Shown one piece after another: positions 55,696-64,000 of a stretch of 64,000 nucleotides of DNA. A program made the translations under genes and the position numbers. Under the pieces are notes generated by a model. The model was not told where the DNA came from and made no database searches. It saw nothing but the letters and a program-made list of their open reading frames with translations. The stretch's first letter is position 1. Each line of letters begins with the position of its first letter. This DNA is from Minisyncoccota bacterium (GTDB lineage: Bacteria; Patescibacteriota; Minisyncoccia; UBA6257; GWB1-50-10): the NCBI GenBank assembly GCA_041659005.1, contig JBAZZD010000001.1, positions 16,366 to 80,365 on the forward strand, given 5' to 3'.

Positions 55696-57156
55696 ATGAT
55701 ACCGAAGATTAAGTCATTCCTTTTTGAAAACAAGACAGAGGCACAAACAATTGCAAAAAACACCTTTTGGCTTACATTCGGAATGATCGTGAGCCGTTCT
55801 ATTCGAGCAATAATGATCATGTACGCCGCTCGAGTCCTTGGAACTGAAGGATACGGTGTTTTTTCATACGCACTCAGTTTTGCCGGACTTTTTGGTGTAT
55901 TTTCTGATATGGGGCTCTCTGGAATTCTCACAAGACAAGCCGTCCAAGAACCAGAAAAAATAAAAACATATATTTCGACCACGTTTTTTCTTAAACTTAT
56001 TGCACTTGTTGTTACTATATTTATCACTATCTTCATTGGACCTTACCTTACCAATGTTAAGGGGATTCAAGAACTTCTCATCGTGGTAAGTGCGCTTCTT
56101 GCATTTGACTCGCTTCGTGGATTTGCGTTTTCTATCGCACGAGCAAAAAATAAAATGCAAATTGAGTCTGGCGCAAATGTCCTCACCGATGGACTCATTA
56201 CCCTCTTAGGAATTCTCGCGTTATTTTTATATCCATCAGCAAAATTTCTTGCATATGGATACACAATGGGTGTAGTTCTGGGGACCACAATAACATTTTT
56301 TATTCTTCATAAAGATTTTTCAGGAATCTTCAATCATTTCAATAAAGAAACTGCAAAACTTGTACTTCGTAGTTCATGGCCATTTGCGCTTATGGGGCTT
56401 TTTGGCGGACTGATGATTAACATAGACGTACTTGTCATTGGATGGTTTCGAACTGCGCATGATTTAGGACTGTACGGAGCCGCGCAACGACCAATTGTGT
56501 TTTTATATGTGCTTCCTTCATTATTTGCCGCAAGCATTTTCCCAATTATAAGTCGCTACGTAAAGGAAAAAAAAACTGATTTGATAAAACGAATGATAGA
56601 AAAATCCATTTCCATTTCAATGATGTTTGCATTTCCTCTTCTTGTTGGAGGCGTTATCGTTGGGGTTCCGCTTACAGTATTTATCTTTGGGGGCGCATTC
56701 ATTGATGCATCATCACCATTTCAAATATTACTTCTCACCGTACCGTTAGTATTTGCCGGTTCAATTATGGGAAATGTATTGTTTGCGCACAACAAACAAA
56801 AAACATTTATTGTTGGATACGGACTTGGCGCACTTGCAAATATTGTGCTTGATCTTATTCTTATACCTCCTTATGGCGTAACCGGTTCAGCATTCGCAAC
56901 TCTTGTTTCTCAAATTTTCTCCAATGGATGGCTTTGGCTTAATATGCAAAAAACAATTCCGTTTTCTTTGTTTCCGCATATAAAAAAAATCATAATCGCA
57001 TCTATTGGAATGGGAATTGTGTGTTTTCTCGTTTCCACACTTTCTCCTCATGTGCTTTTCACTATAGGAACGGGGGGCGCCGTATATCTTGGATTGCTTA
57101 TCTTACAAAAAGAGCCACTTTTACAAAAACTCAACCCAAAAATGTTAGTGGAGTAG
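55696..57156 (+). CDS. Wzx-type polysaccharide/oligosaccharide flippase (MOP superfamily)
   Basis: 486 aa, about 12-14 TM helices. N-terminus typical of PST family (TFWLTFGMIVSRSIRAIMIMYAARVLG). Confidence 0.75.
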   Translation: MIPKIKSFLFENKTEAQTIAKNTFWLTFGMIVSRSIRAIMIMYAARVLGTEGYGVFSYALSFAGLFGVFSDMGLSGILTRQAVQEPEKIKTYISTTFFLKLIALVVTIFITIFIGPYLTNVKGIQELLIVVSALLAFDSLRGFAFSIARAKNKMQIESGANVLTDGLITLLGILALFLYPSAKFLAYGYTMGVVLGTTITFFILHKDFSGIFNHFNKETAKLVLRSSWPFALMGLFGGLMINIDVLVIGWFRTAHDLGLYGAAQRPIVFLYVLPSLFAASIFPIISRYVKEKKTDLIKRMIEKSISISMMFAFPLLVGGVIVGVPLTVFIFGGAFIDASSPFQILLLTVPLVFAGSIMGNVLFAHNKQKTFIVGYGLGALANIVLDLILIPPYGVTGSAFATLVSQIFSNGWLWLNMQKTIPFSLFPHIKKIIIASIGMGIVCFLVSTLSPHVLFTIGTGGAVYLGLLILQKEPLLQKLNPKMLVE

Positions 57157-57163
57157 TAATCAT

Positions 57164-57203
57164 ATGATAATCAATAAAAACGACCGTTTTTATTGATTAT
57201 CAT
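57164..57203. repeat. Palindromic element copy D (perfect 19-bp arms, AC centre, same ends and centre as A-C but different middle)
   Basis: ATGATAATCAATAAAAACGacCGTTTTTATTGATTATCAT. Confidence 0.9.
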
Positions 57204-57274
57204 AGTTCCTTTCAAATATGAAAGGGAATTGTTGACATATGAAAATCCATTTTGCTTTTTACCTATTTAAACAT

Positions 57275-58021
57275 TTAAATCAAAAACTGTGTTAGTTTTG
57301 AAAGTATTCTTCGAGCAATAAAGAACGAAGGAATTTTTAGATTATTAACCAGCCAAGCCCTTTTTAATTCTTTCCAACCAATCCTTCTCTGCCCAATATC
57401 GCGTCCGGAAGCGCCACCATTATACATTCGGACCAAAACGCGCGGGAAATATTTTATGTTTACCCTATAAATTTTTAAAATCCTTAAAATAAATTCATAG
57501 TCGCCTGCTATCTTAAAATTAGAGTTAAACAAACCGCATTTTTCATAAACCGTTCGGTGCAAAAATAAAGCGGGATGCGGGATAATCCAACCATTATTTA
57601 ATTTATTTTCCCGATACTCCCCCGCCCGCCATATTCTTGTCATCTTATTAACATCAGTAGAAAAATATCCCACGTCACCGTAAACTGCCTCAATCTTTTC
57701 ATCCCTAAAAGCTTCAATGACATTTGCTAAAACTTTATCGTTATCAAATAAGTCATCAGAATTTAAAATCCCGATAATTTTCCCGCTGGCCATTTTAATT
57801 CCCCTATTCATCGCATCGTAGATACCGTTATCTTTTTCACTTACCCAATAAAAGATTTTATCGTTATATTTTTTTATAATATCAACAGTTCCGTCGGTTG
57901 ATCCACCATCAATAACAATATGTTCTACATCAACATTCTTCTGAGAAAGAACGCCCTGAATCGTAGCCTCTATGGTTAGAACACTGTTATAACAAGGAGT
58001 TACAATAGAAATTTTCATCAT
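57275..58021 (-). CDS. Family 2 glycosyltransferase
   Basis: ISIVTPCYNS, HIVIDGGSTDGT, DDL motifs. Confidence 0.8.
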   Translation of the reverse strand: MMKISIVTPCYNSVLTIEATIQGVLSQKNVDVEHIVIDGGSTDGTVDIIKKYNDKIFYWVSEKDNGIYDAMNRGIKMASGKIIGILNSDDLFDNDKVLANVIEAFRDEKIEAVYGDVGYFSTDVNKMTRIWRAGEYRENKLNNGWIIPHPALFLHRTVYEKCGLFNSNFKIAGDYEFILRILKIYRVNIKYFPRVLVRMYNGGASGRDIGQRRIGWKELKRAWLVNNLKIPSFFIARRILSKLTQFLI

Positions 58022-59169
58022 TGATATACTTGTTCTATGCGCCTTGCAATGATGCGGGGATCGAATTCTTTACTAACAAGATCTTTTCCTGCAATAATAT
58101 AATTATTGCGAATTTTGTCGTTAGTATAGGTTTGTAAAAGCGCCTCAGCAATTACTTTCTCATTTAAAGAAACAACACTCCCCGCTCCATATTGTGAAAC
58201 AACATCACTGATACCAACATATTCTGAGATAACAATTGGTACCCCAACTGCAAGTGCCTCAGCGGGAGCCATTCCAAAATTCTCTGAATAAGAAGTAAGC
58301 GCAAACACGCGAGCTTCGCGCAAAAGCATTAAACGATCATTTCCCGATACAAGCCCAGTAAAAATTACCCTGTTTGAGATATTAAGATCGCGAATAATAT
58401 TCTGTAATGAATGTAATGTGTTTTCATCTGGACCAGCAATTACTAACTGCGCGTCTTCCATCTCTTCCTTCTCACACAAAAGAGAGAACGCATGAACTAA
58501 ATAGTCAATTCCTTTTTTCCAATTAAGGCGTCCAAAATACAAAATATATTTTCCCCGCATGATTCCAAAATGTTTAAAAATTTGTTCATCCAAGAAAAAA
58601 TTGTTTAACTCGCCTACATCCAATGCGTTGGGAATAACACACGATGGAAGAGAAAGTTTTGTAAAAGAGAGAAACTCTTTTTTTTCAAAGTTTGAAGTAA
58701 AATGGATTAATTTTGCGTGCTTATAGATATTTTTTAGGATTATCTGATATAATAACATTTTTTTAAAAAAGCTCTTTTTTTTCACAAGTGCGACATCCAT
58801 AGAACCGCGAGGAGAAAAAACAAATGGGCGCTCATGACACACAAAAAATTTTCCTGAAATCCAACACATCGGATCCCAAGTAAGATGGATATGAAATATA
58901 TCGAATGACTTATGAGTTTTTCTTAAAGCAGAAATAAAAGAAAATGAAAATCTCCATGTCCGCACCCCCCAAGAAGAAAAATAGTGGACTACTACCCCAT
59001 CAATAATTTTCTCACGCGAAATATTTTCAGAAAGTCCGAACGTTGTCGTATACACAGAAACTGAATGCCCCAATTTAACAAGTTCGGAAGCAAGTAAATG
59101 TACCGAACGAATGGGACCACCCCATCTAACCGACGGATAGTATGCTGGAATAATAAAGCAGATTTTCAT
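58018..59169 (-). CDS. Family 4 (GT-B) glycosyltransferase
   Basis: C-terminal SENFGMAPAEALAVGVPIV (EX7E). Confidence 0.75.
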   Translation of the reverse strand: MKICFIIPAYYPSVRWGGPIRSVHLLASELVKLGHSVSVYTTTFGLSENISREKIIDGVVVHYFSSWGVRTWRFSFSFISALRKTHKSFDIFHIHLTWDPMCWISGKFFVCHERPFVFSPRGSMDVALVKKKSFFKKMLLYQIILKNIYKHAKLIHFTSNFEKKEFLSFTKLSLPSCVIPNALDVGELNNFFLDEQIFKHFGIMRGKYILYFGRLNWKKGIDYLVHAFSLLCEKEEMEDAQLVIAGPDENTLHSLQNIIRDLNISNRVIFTGLVSGNDRLMLLREARVFALTSYSENFGMAPAEALAVGVPIVISEYVGISDVVSQYGAGSVVSLNEKVIAEALLQTYTNDKIRNNYIIAGKDLVSKEFDPRIIARRIEQVYQ

Positions 59170-59184
59170 AAAAACAAATTGAAA

Positions 59185-59856
59185 TCATTTTAAAAAACTA
59201 TAGAAAAATCTTAAAATAGATCTAACAAAATTTTCTAGTTTTTCCTTAAAGATAAGCTTTTTTAAATAACAACTCTTAAAATCACTATCTTGAATAGAAC
59301 TAATTCTCTTGCCAACAATCATACTAAACAGAGAAATATCCTTTAAATCATTTTCTATAAAAGAGTTTTCCTTTCTCATCTTAACGAAAACTCCAGAAGC
59401 CTCAGGATCATCTTTTAAAGAAAATATTTTAAAATCAGAAAATATCTTTTGCATGTCTTCTTTTTCATACCGCCAAAAATCATAAGGATAAGCATGAAAA
59501 TGAAAACCGCGAGATCGAGTTGTTATTATAATTGTTCCTTCCGGTTTACAAATTTTTTTTATATTTGATATAACGGTTTTCCAATCCCTTACATGTTCCA
59601 TTAATTCCGTTGAAATAACGACATCAAAGCTTTCTTTGCCAAACTTATCCACAAGGGAAGAGGCATCACACACGAAATCAACTCCAGGACCATCTTTTAT
59701 ATCAACCCCAATATATTTCTTTGGATTCAACAGGCCAACAATCGATCTGACGCTTCCATTTACGTCATATGAACCAACTTCTATAACATCTTTGCCCTCT
59801 ATTTCGTTTCTTTCTATATTCTCCGCAACATATAATATACAACTTACATGACACAT
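59185..59856 (-). CDS. Class I SAM-dependent methyltransferase
   Basis: Motif I-like VIEVGSYDVNG, FDVVISTELMEHV, KPEGTIIIT. Confidence 0.55.
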   Translation of the reverse strand: MCHVSCILYVAENIERNEIEGKDVIEVGSYDVNGSVRSIVGLLNPKKYIGVDIKDGPGVDFVCDASSLVDKFGKESFDVVISTELMEHVRDWKTVISNIKKICKPEGTIIITTRSRGFHFHAYPYDFWRYEKEDMQKIFSDFKIFSLKDDPEASGVFVKMRKENSFIENDLKDISLFSMIVGKRISSIQDSDFKSCYLKKLIFKEKLENFVRSILRFFYSFLK

Positions 59857-59877
59857 AAAATAAATTTTAAAATATAA

Positions 59878-60849
59878 TTAATATCCTACGACTGTTATGT
59901 ATTTATTTTCGAAATACTCTTTTTTATTTTTGTAATATTCCCAATCAATTCCGTTTTTCTGAAATACAATTTGTGGAATATTTCCATAATACGAAGCAAA
60001 TGCGCCAAACGTACTATTAGAGCCTATTATACAGTCCACCATAGAAAGTTCAAGTAGGTCTCCAATGCTTTTTTCGTTGCGCTCTAAAAAAACATTGAGC
60101 CCAGAAAATATATCTAAATTAACATCACCGTCAGAAAAGACTAGAAAAACAACATTAGAAACATTCAATGAAAAAAAATCTATGTATTTCCGCAATATGA
60201 TCATAATTTCTTCATCAGAGAAATAAAATAATCCATTGGCAAAATAAAGATAATCTCCTTTTCGAATATGTACCCCAACGACAGTCGCATATGATTCCCT
60301 GTATTTCTTAATGCGCTCTCGAGCAGTAATGATGTATTGTTCTTTTGGCAAAAAATACTCCTTTATCTCACTTCTATATTTCAAGATGCCAACAGGATTA
60401 CGAAATAGCCAACCACTAAAATACAGAAAACTTTTTGTTTTTTCTCTATCAAATTCTAATATCTCTTGAGAGGTGCATTGCGAAGGAGGTAAATAAACAG
60501 GAATATTATGTTCGCAATCATGAGTCGCTCGCAGTATATGATCTGGATTTATTAGTTTTATAATGACAACACAAAATTGGTACAATTTTCTCATTACACA
60601 CCTATACCCACGAGCACAAATGGAATTATCGTTTTTAAAGTGAAAATAAATGAATTCTAAAAAATCAAAAAGAAAATTTCCAGAAGAAAAATGAAAATAC
60701 TTTCCATATTCAAAAAATGAATAATTATTACATTTATATTTTTTTTCTAAGCAATATGCGTATACACTCACGAAAAGCCACAATTGGTTCGCAAGCTGCC
60801 CCCCATTGTGTTCTAAAATAATTATCTTCTTCATTTTTTGGTAAAACAA
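59878..60849 (-). CDS. GT11-like (alpha-1,2-fucosyltransferase family) glycosyltransferase
   Basis: GVHIRKGDY matches the GT11 HxRRGDY motif. Confidence 0.5.
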   Translation of the reverse strand: MFYQKMKKIIILEHNGGQLANQLWLFVSVYAYCLEKKYKCNNYSFFEYGKYFHFSSGNFLFDFLEFIYFHFKNDNSICARGYRCVMRKLYQFCVVIIKLINPDHILRATHDCEHNIPVYLPPSQCTSQEILEFDREKTKSFLYFSGWLFRNPVGILKYRSEIKEYFLPKEQYIITARERIKKYRESYATVVGVHIRKGDYLYFANGLFYFSDEEIMIILRKYIDFFSLNVSNVVFLVFSDGDVNLDIFSGLNVFLERNEKSIGDLLELSMVDCIIGSNSTFGAFASYYGNIPQIVFQKNGIDWEYYKNKKEYFENKYITVVGY

Positions 60850-61568
60850 AACATACCGGTCCCAAACCCTCTCGCAGCGTCGTATGCATTAAATATTTCC
60901 TTTCCGTATAAGTACTTTTCTTCGATACACGAAAGTCCAGAAAAAATCTTAAAAACATAATCCCTCGTAAATGCTCTATGTGCATTACAATACGATATAT
61001 TCTCACGATCAACAGGAACAGAAATATATAAAAATCCCCCAGGGGCAAGCACGCGACAAAGCTCCTTTGCTGCTTTTTCTGATCCAAATGCATCTATTGA
61101 ATCTCCATAACGACCCAAACCAATATGCTCAATAACACAAATAGAACTTAGGGACGCAATGCTTCCATCATCAAAAGAAAGAGAGCAAATATTCCCCTTC
61201 ATGAACGACAATCCTTGAAGAGGAAGTTCAACCGGGCGTATATCTATCATCGTTGTCGGAACATACTGAGAAATAATACTCACCAAACCTATATGAGATC
61301 CAACGTCACAATGACGAGTGGGTTTGTGTTTAAAAATCATGGAAGCGCACCATGCATTTTGATAGAAATAAATAGGATCAATGGGGGTTATTTTCGTCTT
61401 ATCAGAAAAAATTGGATACAAATATAAAATTGATGCTCTGAATTCCTTATTTTTCTTTTGAGAATAGAAACTCAAAAAAAACATTGGAGCTTCATAAAAA
61501 AATCTAAAAACATTAAAACGAATGCCCCTCAAACAAGAAAATAATCGATATAATAATTTTAAAAACAT
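60831..61568 (-). CDS. Methyltransferase-like protein (DUF268-like)
   Basis: CDVGSHIGLVS (motif I-like), LAPGGFLYISVP. Confidence 0.4.
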   Translation of the reverse strand: MFLKLLYRLFSCLRGIRFNVFRFFYEAPMFFLSFYSQKKNKEFRASILYLYPIFSDKTKITPIDPIYFYQNAWCASMIFKHKPTRHCDVGSHIGLVSIISQYVPTTMIDIRPVELPLQGLSFMKGNICSLSFDDGSIASLSSICVIEHIGLGRYGDSIDAFGSEKAAKELCRVLAPGGFLYISVPVDRENISYCNAHRAFTRDYVFKIFSGLSCIEEKYLYGKEIFNAYDAARGFGTGMFCFTKK

Positions 61569-61571
61569 AAA

Positions 61572-62813
61572 CTAAGATTTTGACGCGACACTATTTTCAA
61601 AAGCACGAACAATACCAGAAATGTCATGAGCATGATCATAACTGGAAATAATTTCACGAGAACGTATTCCAAATTGATTTCTTTTAGAAGAATTATTGAT
61701 AAGATCACTTAAATATCGAGAAAGATATTTAATGTTACCCAACGGAAAAACAAAACCGTTCTCTCCGTGATGAACAAGATCAACTCCACATCCAACCATA
61801 TCAGAAACGATAATAGGAAGACCAAAATTCATCGCTTCATTTACAACAAGTCCCCACGTTTCTCCTGATCCCGATGGCAAAACAAAAATATCGGCAAGAA
61901 TATAAAATTCCGAAATTTCAGACGGATACCTAATTCCAAGAAGAGTAACATTTTTTATATTGTTGTCTGCGACATATTTTTCAATATCTCCTCTTAGTGG
62001 GCCATCTCCGACAAAAACGAGAACAGCATTATCCAATTGAGTATTATGAAAAGCAGAAAGCAAATCCAACGGTCTTTTCTTTTCTATCAATTTCCCAACG
62101 AATAACACGACTATGGAAGAAGGATTTATTCCAATTTTAATCTTTTTCTCATTTTTTTTAGATCGCAACGTCTCTGCTTGTTTTTGAAAAAAGATATTAT
62201 CTACGGAATACGGAACAAAAAATAATTTAGAATCTGGAATTCCATAGAATTGGTAAAACTTCTTATTTTGCTCTCCAATATAAAGAAATGCGGAAATAAA
62301 AGGAAATAACACCTTCCCCAAAAGAATCTTTTTTATAAAAATGTTAAATCGAGACTTTAAAATCTCTTGATTATATGGACTTTCAACACGAAGAAATATA
62401 GGAATTTTAAAAAAACGCGCCGCGAAAAAAGTTAACCAGTTAGAAAAAAAGTTCCAGCTATGCATGAAAATCGCATCATGATGAGCGGTCTTTATATTCC
62501 AAATAATTGAGGGATTTATGAGACTGAAAAAACTTCCAAAATTAGGAGAAAAAGAAAAATTTTTTAAAAACCGATAATTAATTCCAGTAAGAATATCTTT
62601 GTCATACCATTTAACAACTCTATTAAAAGTTTTATCAAGTCCTTCTTTTATCCCAAAATCAGAACAAAAATAAATACGCTCCTCTAAAATTTCATTATTA
62701 TGTATCTCTCTAAAAAGTCCCAAAAAATAATGTATGGGATGAGACATTATGACGCCAAGTGTATACTTCTTCTTCATACAAACGAAATTAAATTTCTCAA
62801 AATAACGCTCCAC
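61572..62813 (-). CDS. Family 4 glycosyltransferase
   Basis: SGSGETWGLVVNEAMNFGLPIIVSD (EX7E motif). Confidence 0.7.
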   Translation of the reverse strand: MERYFEKFNFVCMKKKYTLGVIMSHPIHYFLGLFREIHNNEILEERIYFCSDFGIKEGLDKTFNRVVKWYDKDILTGINYRFLKNFSFSPNFGSFFSLINPSIIWNIKTAHHDAIFMHSWNFFSNWLTFFAARFFKIPIFLRVESPYNQEILKSRFNIFIKKILLGKVLFPFISAFLYIGEQNKKFYQFYGIPDSKLFFVPYSVDNIFFQKQAETLRSKKNEKKIKIGINPSSIVVLFVGKLIEKKRPLDLLSAFHNTQLDNAVLVFVGDGPLRGDIEKYVADNNIKNVTLLGIRYPSEISEFYILADIFVLPSGSGETWGLVVNEAMNFGLPIIVSDMVGCGVDLVHHGENGFVFPLGNIKYLSRYLSDLINNSSKRNQFGIRSREIISSYDHAHDISGIVRAFENSVASKS

Positions 62814-63880
62814 CTTTTGCCAATAGCAGCAATATTAAATCTTTCAGTAAAAATATTAAATGCATTAGTAGAAATGACAGACATTAGATTAGCATCATTT
62901 TTTAAAAGATACAAAGCATTAATGATCGATTCTGAATCAGCAAAATTACAAAAAATTATATCTCTCTTATCGGAAAAAACAGATAAAACGGCAACCCCAC
63001 GCGCAGTAATAATTGGCTTTTTCATCGCACATGCATCATAAATCTTTGTTGGAACAACAAGGTTTGCTTGTTGAGTGTCGCCAAATTGTCCCAAACAAAT
63101 ATCCATATCTGCCATAATTTCAGCTAACTTCTCCGGAGAGACTACATCATAAAATTGTATATTTTTCAATTTTAGCTTTTTTGCTACATCAATAGTCTCC
63201 AATTTTAATGGGCCATCTCCAATAACAATAAATGTAAATGTGGCATCGTTACGCAATGTAAGTTTATAAGCAGCGTCAACAATGTATTTCATCCCGTGAA
63301 GAGGATAGAAGCTCGAAACACAAAAAATTTTAATGGCTTCATGTTGTTTCATTTTTCTAGGATAATAAATTTCATTATCAGAACCAACGGGAATAAAGCA
63401 AAGTTTTTTAAATGGAATATGAAAAACTTCATGAAAATAATGCATGTGTTCGCTTGTATCCAAAATAACAAGATCGGAAAAAAAACAGGATAAAAAATCT
63501 AAACAAAAAAAATATATTCCATATATTGAAAATGGTTTAAATTTCTTTAGATCGCGAACAAGAACATGAAAATAAGAGATGAACGCATCAAAAACAAGCG
63601 GCTTTCTAAAAAAAATAGAAAATATTTTTGCCACAAAAACATAAGATTGTCCTGCGGCACTTACTATAATACAATCTACATCCGATATAACAGAAAAAAG
63701 ATCACGACTTAAAAAATATAATCGTAATATTTTATTTTTATTCGAATTATTGCACTCAATAACTGAAATGCCCACACCTCTTAATGCTTTTATTGTAATA
63801 CGAACTCGCGCATATGACGGATCATAACTACCAAAATAAACAACTTTCATATAATTCCTATTACTTATCTTTTTAGGCAT
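62774..63880 (-). CDS. GT-B (GT4/GT1-like) glycosyltransferase
   Basis: C-terminal VPTKIYDACAMKKPIITARG resembles the GT-B nucleotide-sugar binding region. Confidence 0.55.
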   Translation of the reverse strand: MPKKISNRNYMKVVYFGSYDPSYARVRITIKALRGVGISVIECNNSNKNKILRLYFLSRDLFSVISDVDCIIVSAAGQSYVFVAKIFSIFFRKPLVFDAFISYFHVLVRDLKKFKPFSIYGIYFFCLDFLSCFFSDLVILDTSEHMHYFHEVFHIPFKKLCFIPVGSDNEIYYPRKMKQHEAIKIFCVSSFYPLHGMKYIVDAAYKLTLRNDATFTFIVIGDGPLKLETIDVAKKLKLKNIQFYDVVSPEKLAEIMADMDICLGQFGDTQQANLVVPTKIYDACAMKKPIITARGVAVLSVFSDKRDIIFCNFADSESIINALYLLKNDANLMSVISTNAFNIFTERFNIAAIGKRWSVILRNLISFV

Positions 63881-64000
63881 GTGCGATTCATTTTTTTATT
63901 ATCTCTACTTAAAAAATCTATTAATAACAAATAGTGCCCAAACTCTGGACCAGTGCAATCTTCTAGCTGCAAATGCGTTAAGAATTTTTGACGTCTCTTT

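Overview
The window is AT-rich, has short intergenic spacers and many small genes. It looks like a small-genome, probably CPR/Patescibacteria-like bacterium; that taxonomic call is inference.

Housekeeping content, called from clear motifs in the translated ORF track:
- Translation and RNA processing: EngB GTPase, an ABC-F ATPase, ribosomal protein S21, YbeY, HisRS, peptidyl-tRNA hydrolase.
- Cell division and DNA precursors: class II B12-dependent RNR NrdJ, FtsZ and FtsA.
- Secretion and redox: signal peptidase I, thioredoxin reductase, a DsbA-like protein.
- Cell wall: an M15 VanY-like peptidase and a GH18-like hydrolase.
- 3' end (53.5-64 kb): a surface-glycan gene cluster with sugar-phosphate transferase, Wzx flippase, GT2, GT4, GT11-like and SAM methyltransferases, next to two giant LTD/PKD surface proteins.

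Accessory content worth a second look:
1. A tightly packed minus-strand operon (14.4-24.3 kb) running HTH, Type III Mod, Type III Res, a 1285-aa Mrr-like nuclease + P-loop/STAND-like NTPase + helical-repeat protein (Avs-like), two unknowns (one with an Rx4H HEPN-like motif) and a 2-TM peptide.
2. A GC-richer, apparently horizontally acquired segment (about 24.3-28.5 kb) carrying iteron-like repeats, a promoter/terminator-bounded candidate sRNA, a SpoVG-like gene, and a large serine recombinase whose 3' end overlaps tRNA-Asn(GTT).
3. A tRNA-Lys(CTT) locus preceded by two identical 311-bp tandem units, each carrying a truncated 5' tRNA-Lys copy plus an 84-aa GIY-YIG ORF, and followed by a structured segment ending in a diverged tRNA-Lys 3' fragment.
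4. A family of four 38-42-bp near-perfect palindromes (TGATAAC...ACGRCCGT...GTTATCA) in the glycan/surface cluster, two of which flank a wHTH + Cas2-like gene.

No CRISPR array and no rRNA were seen.
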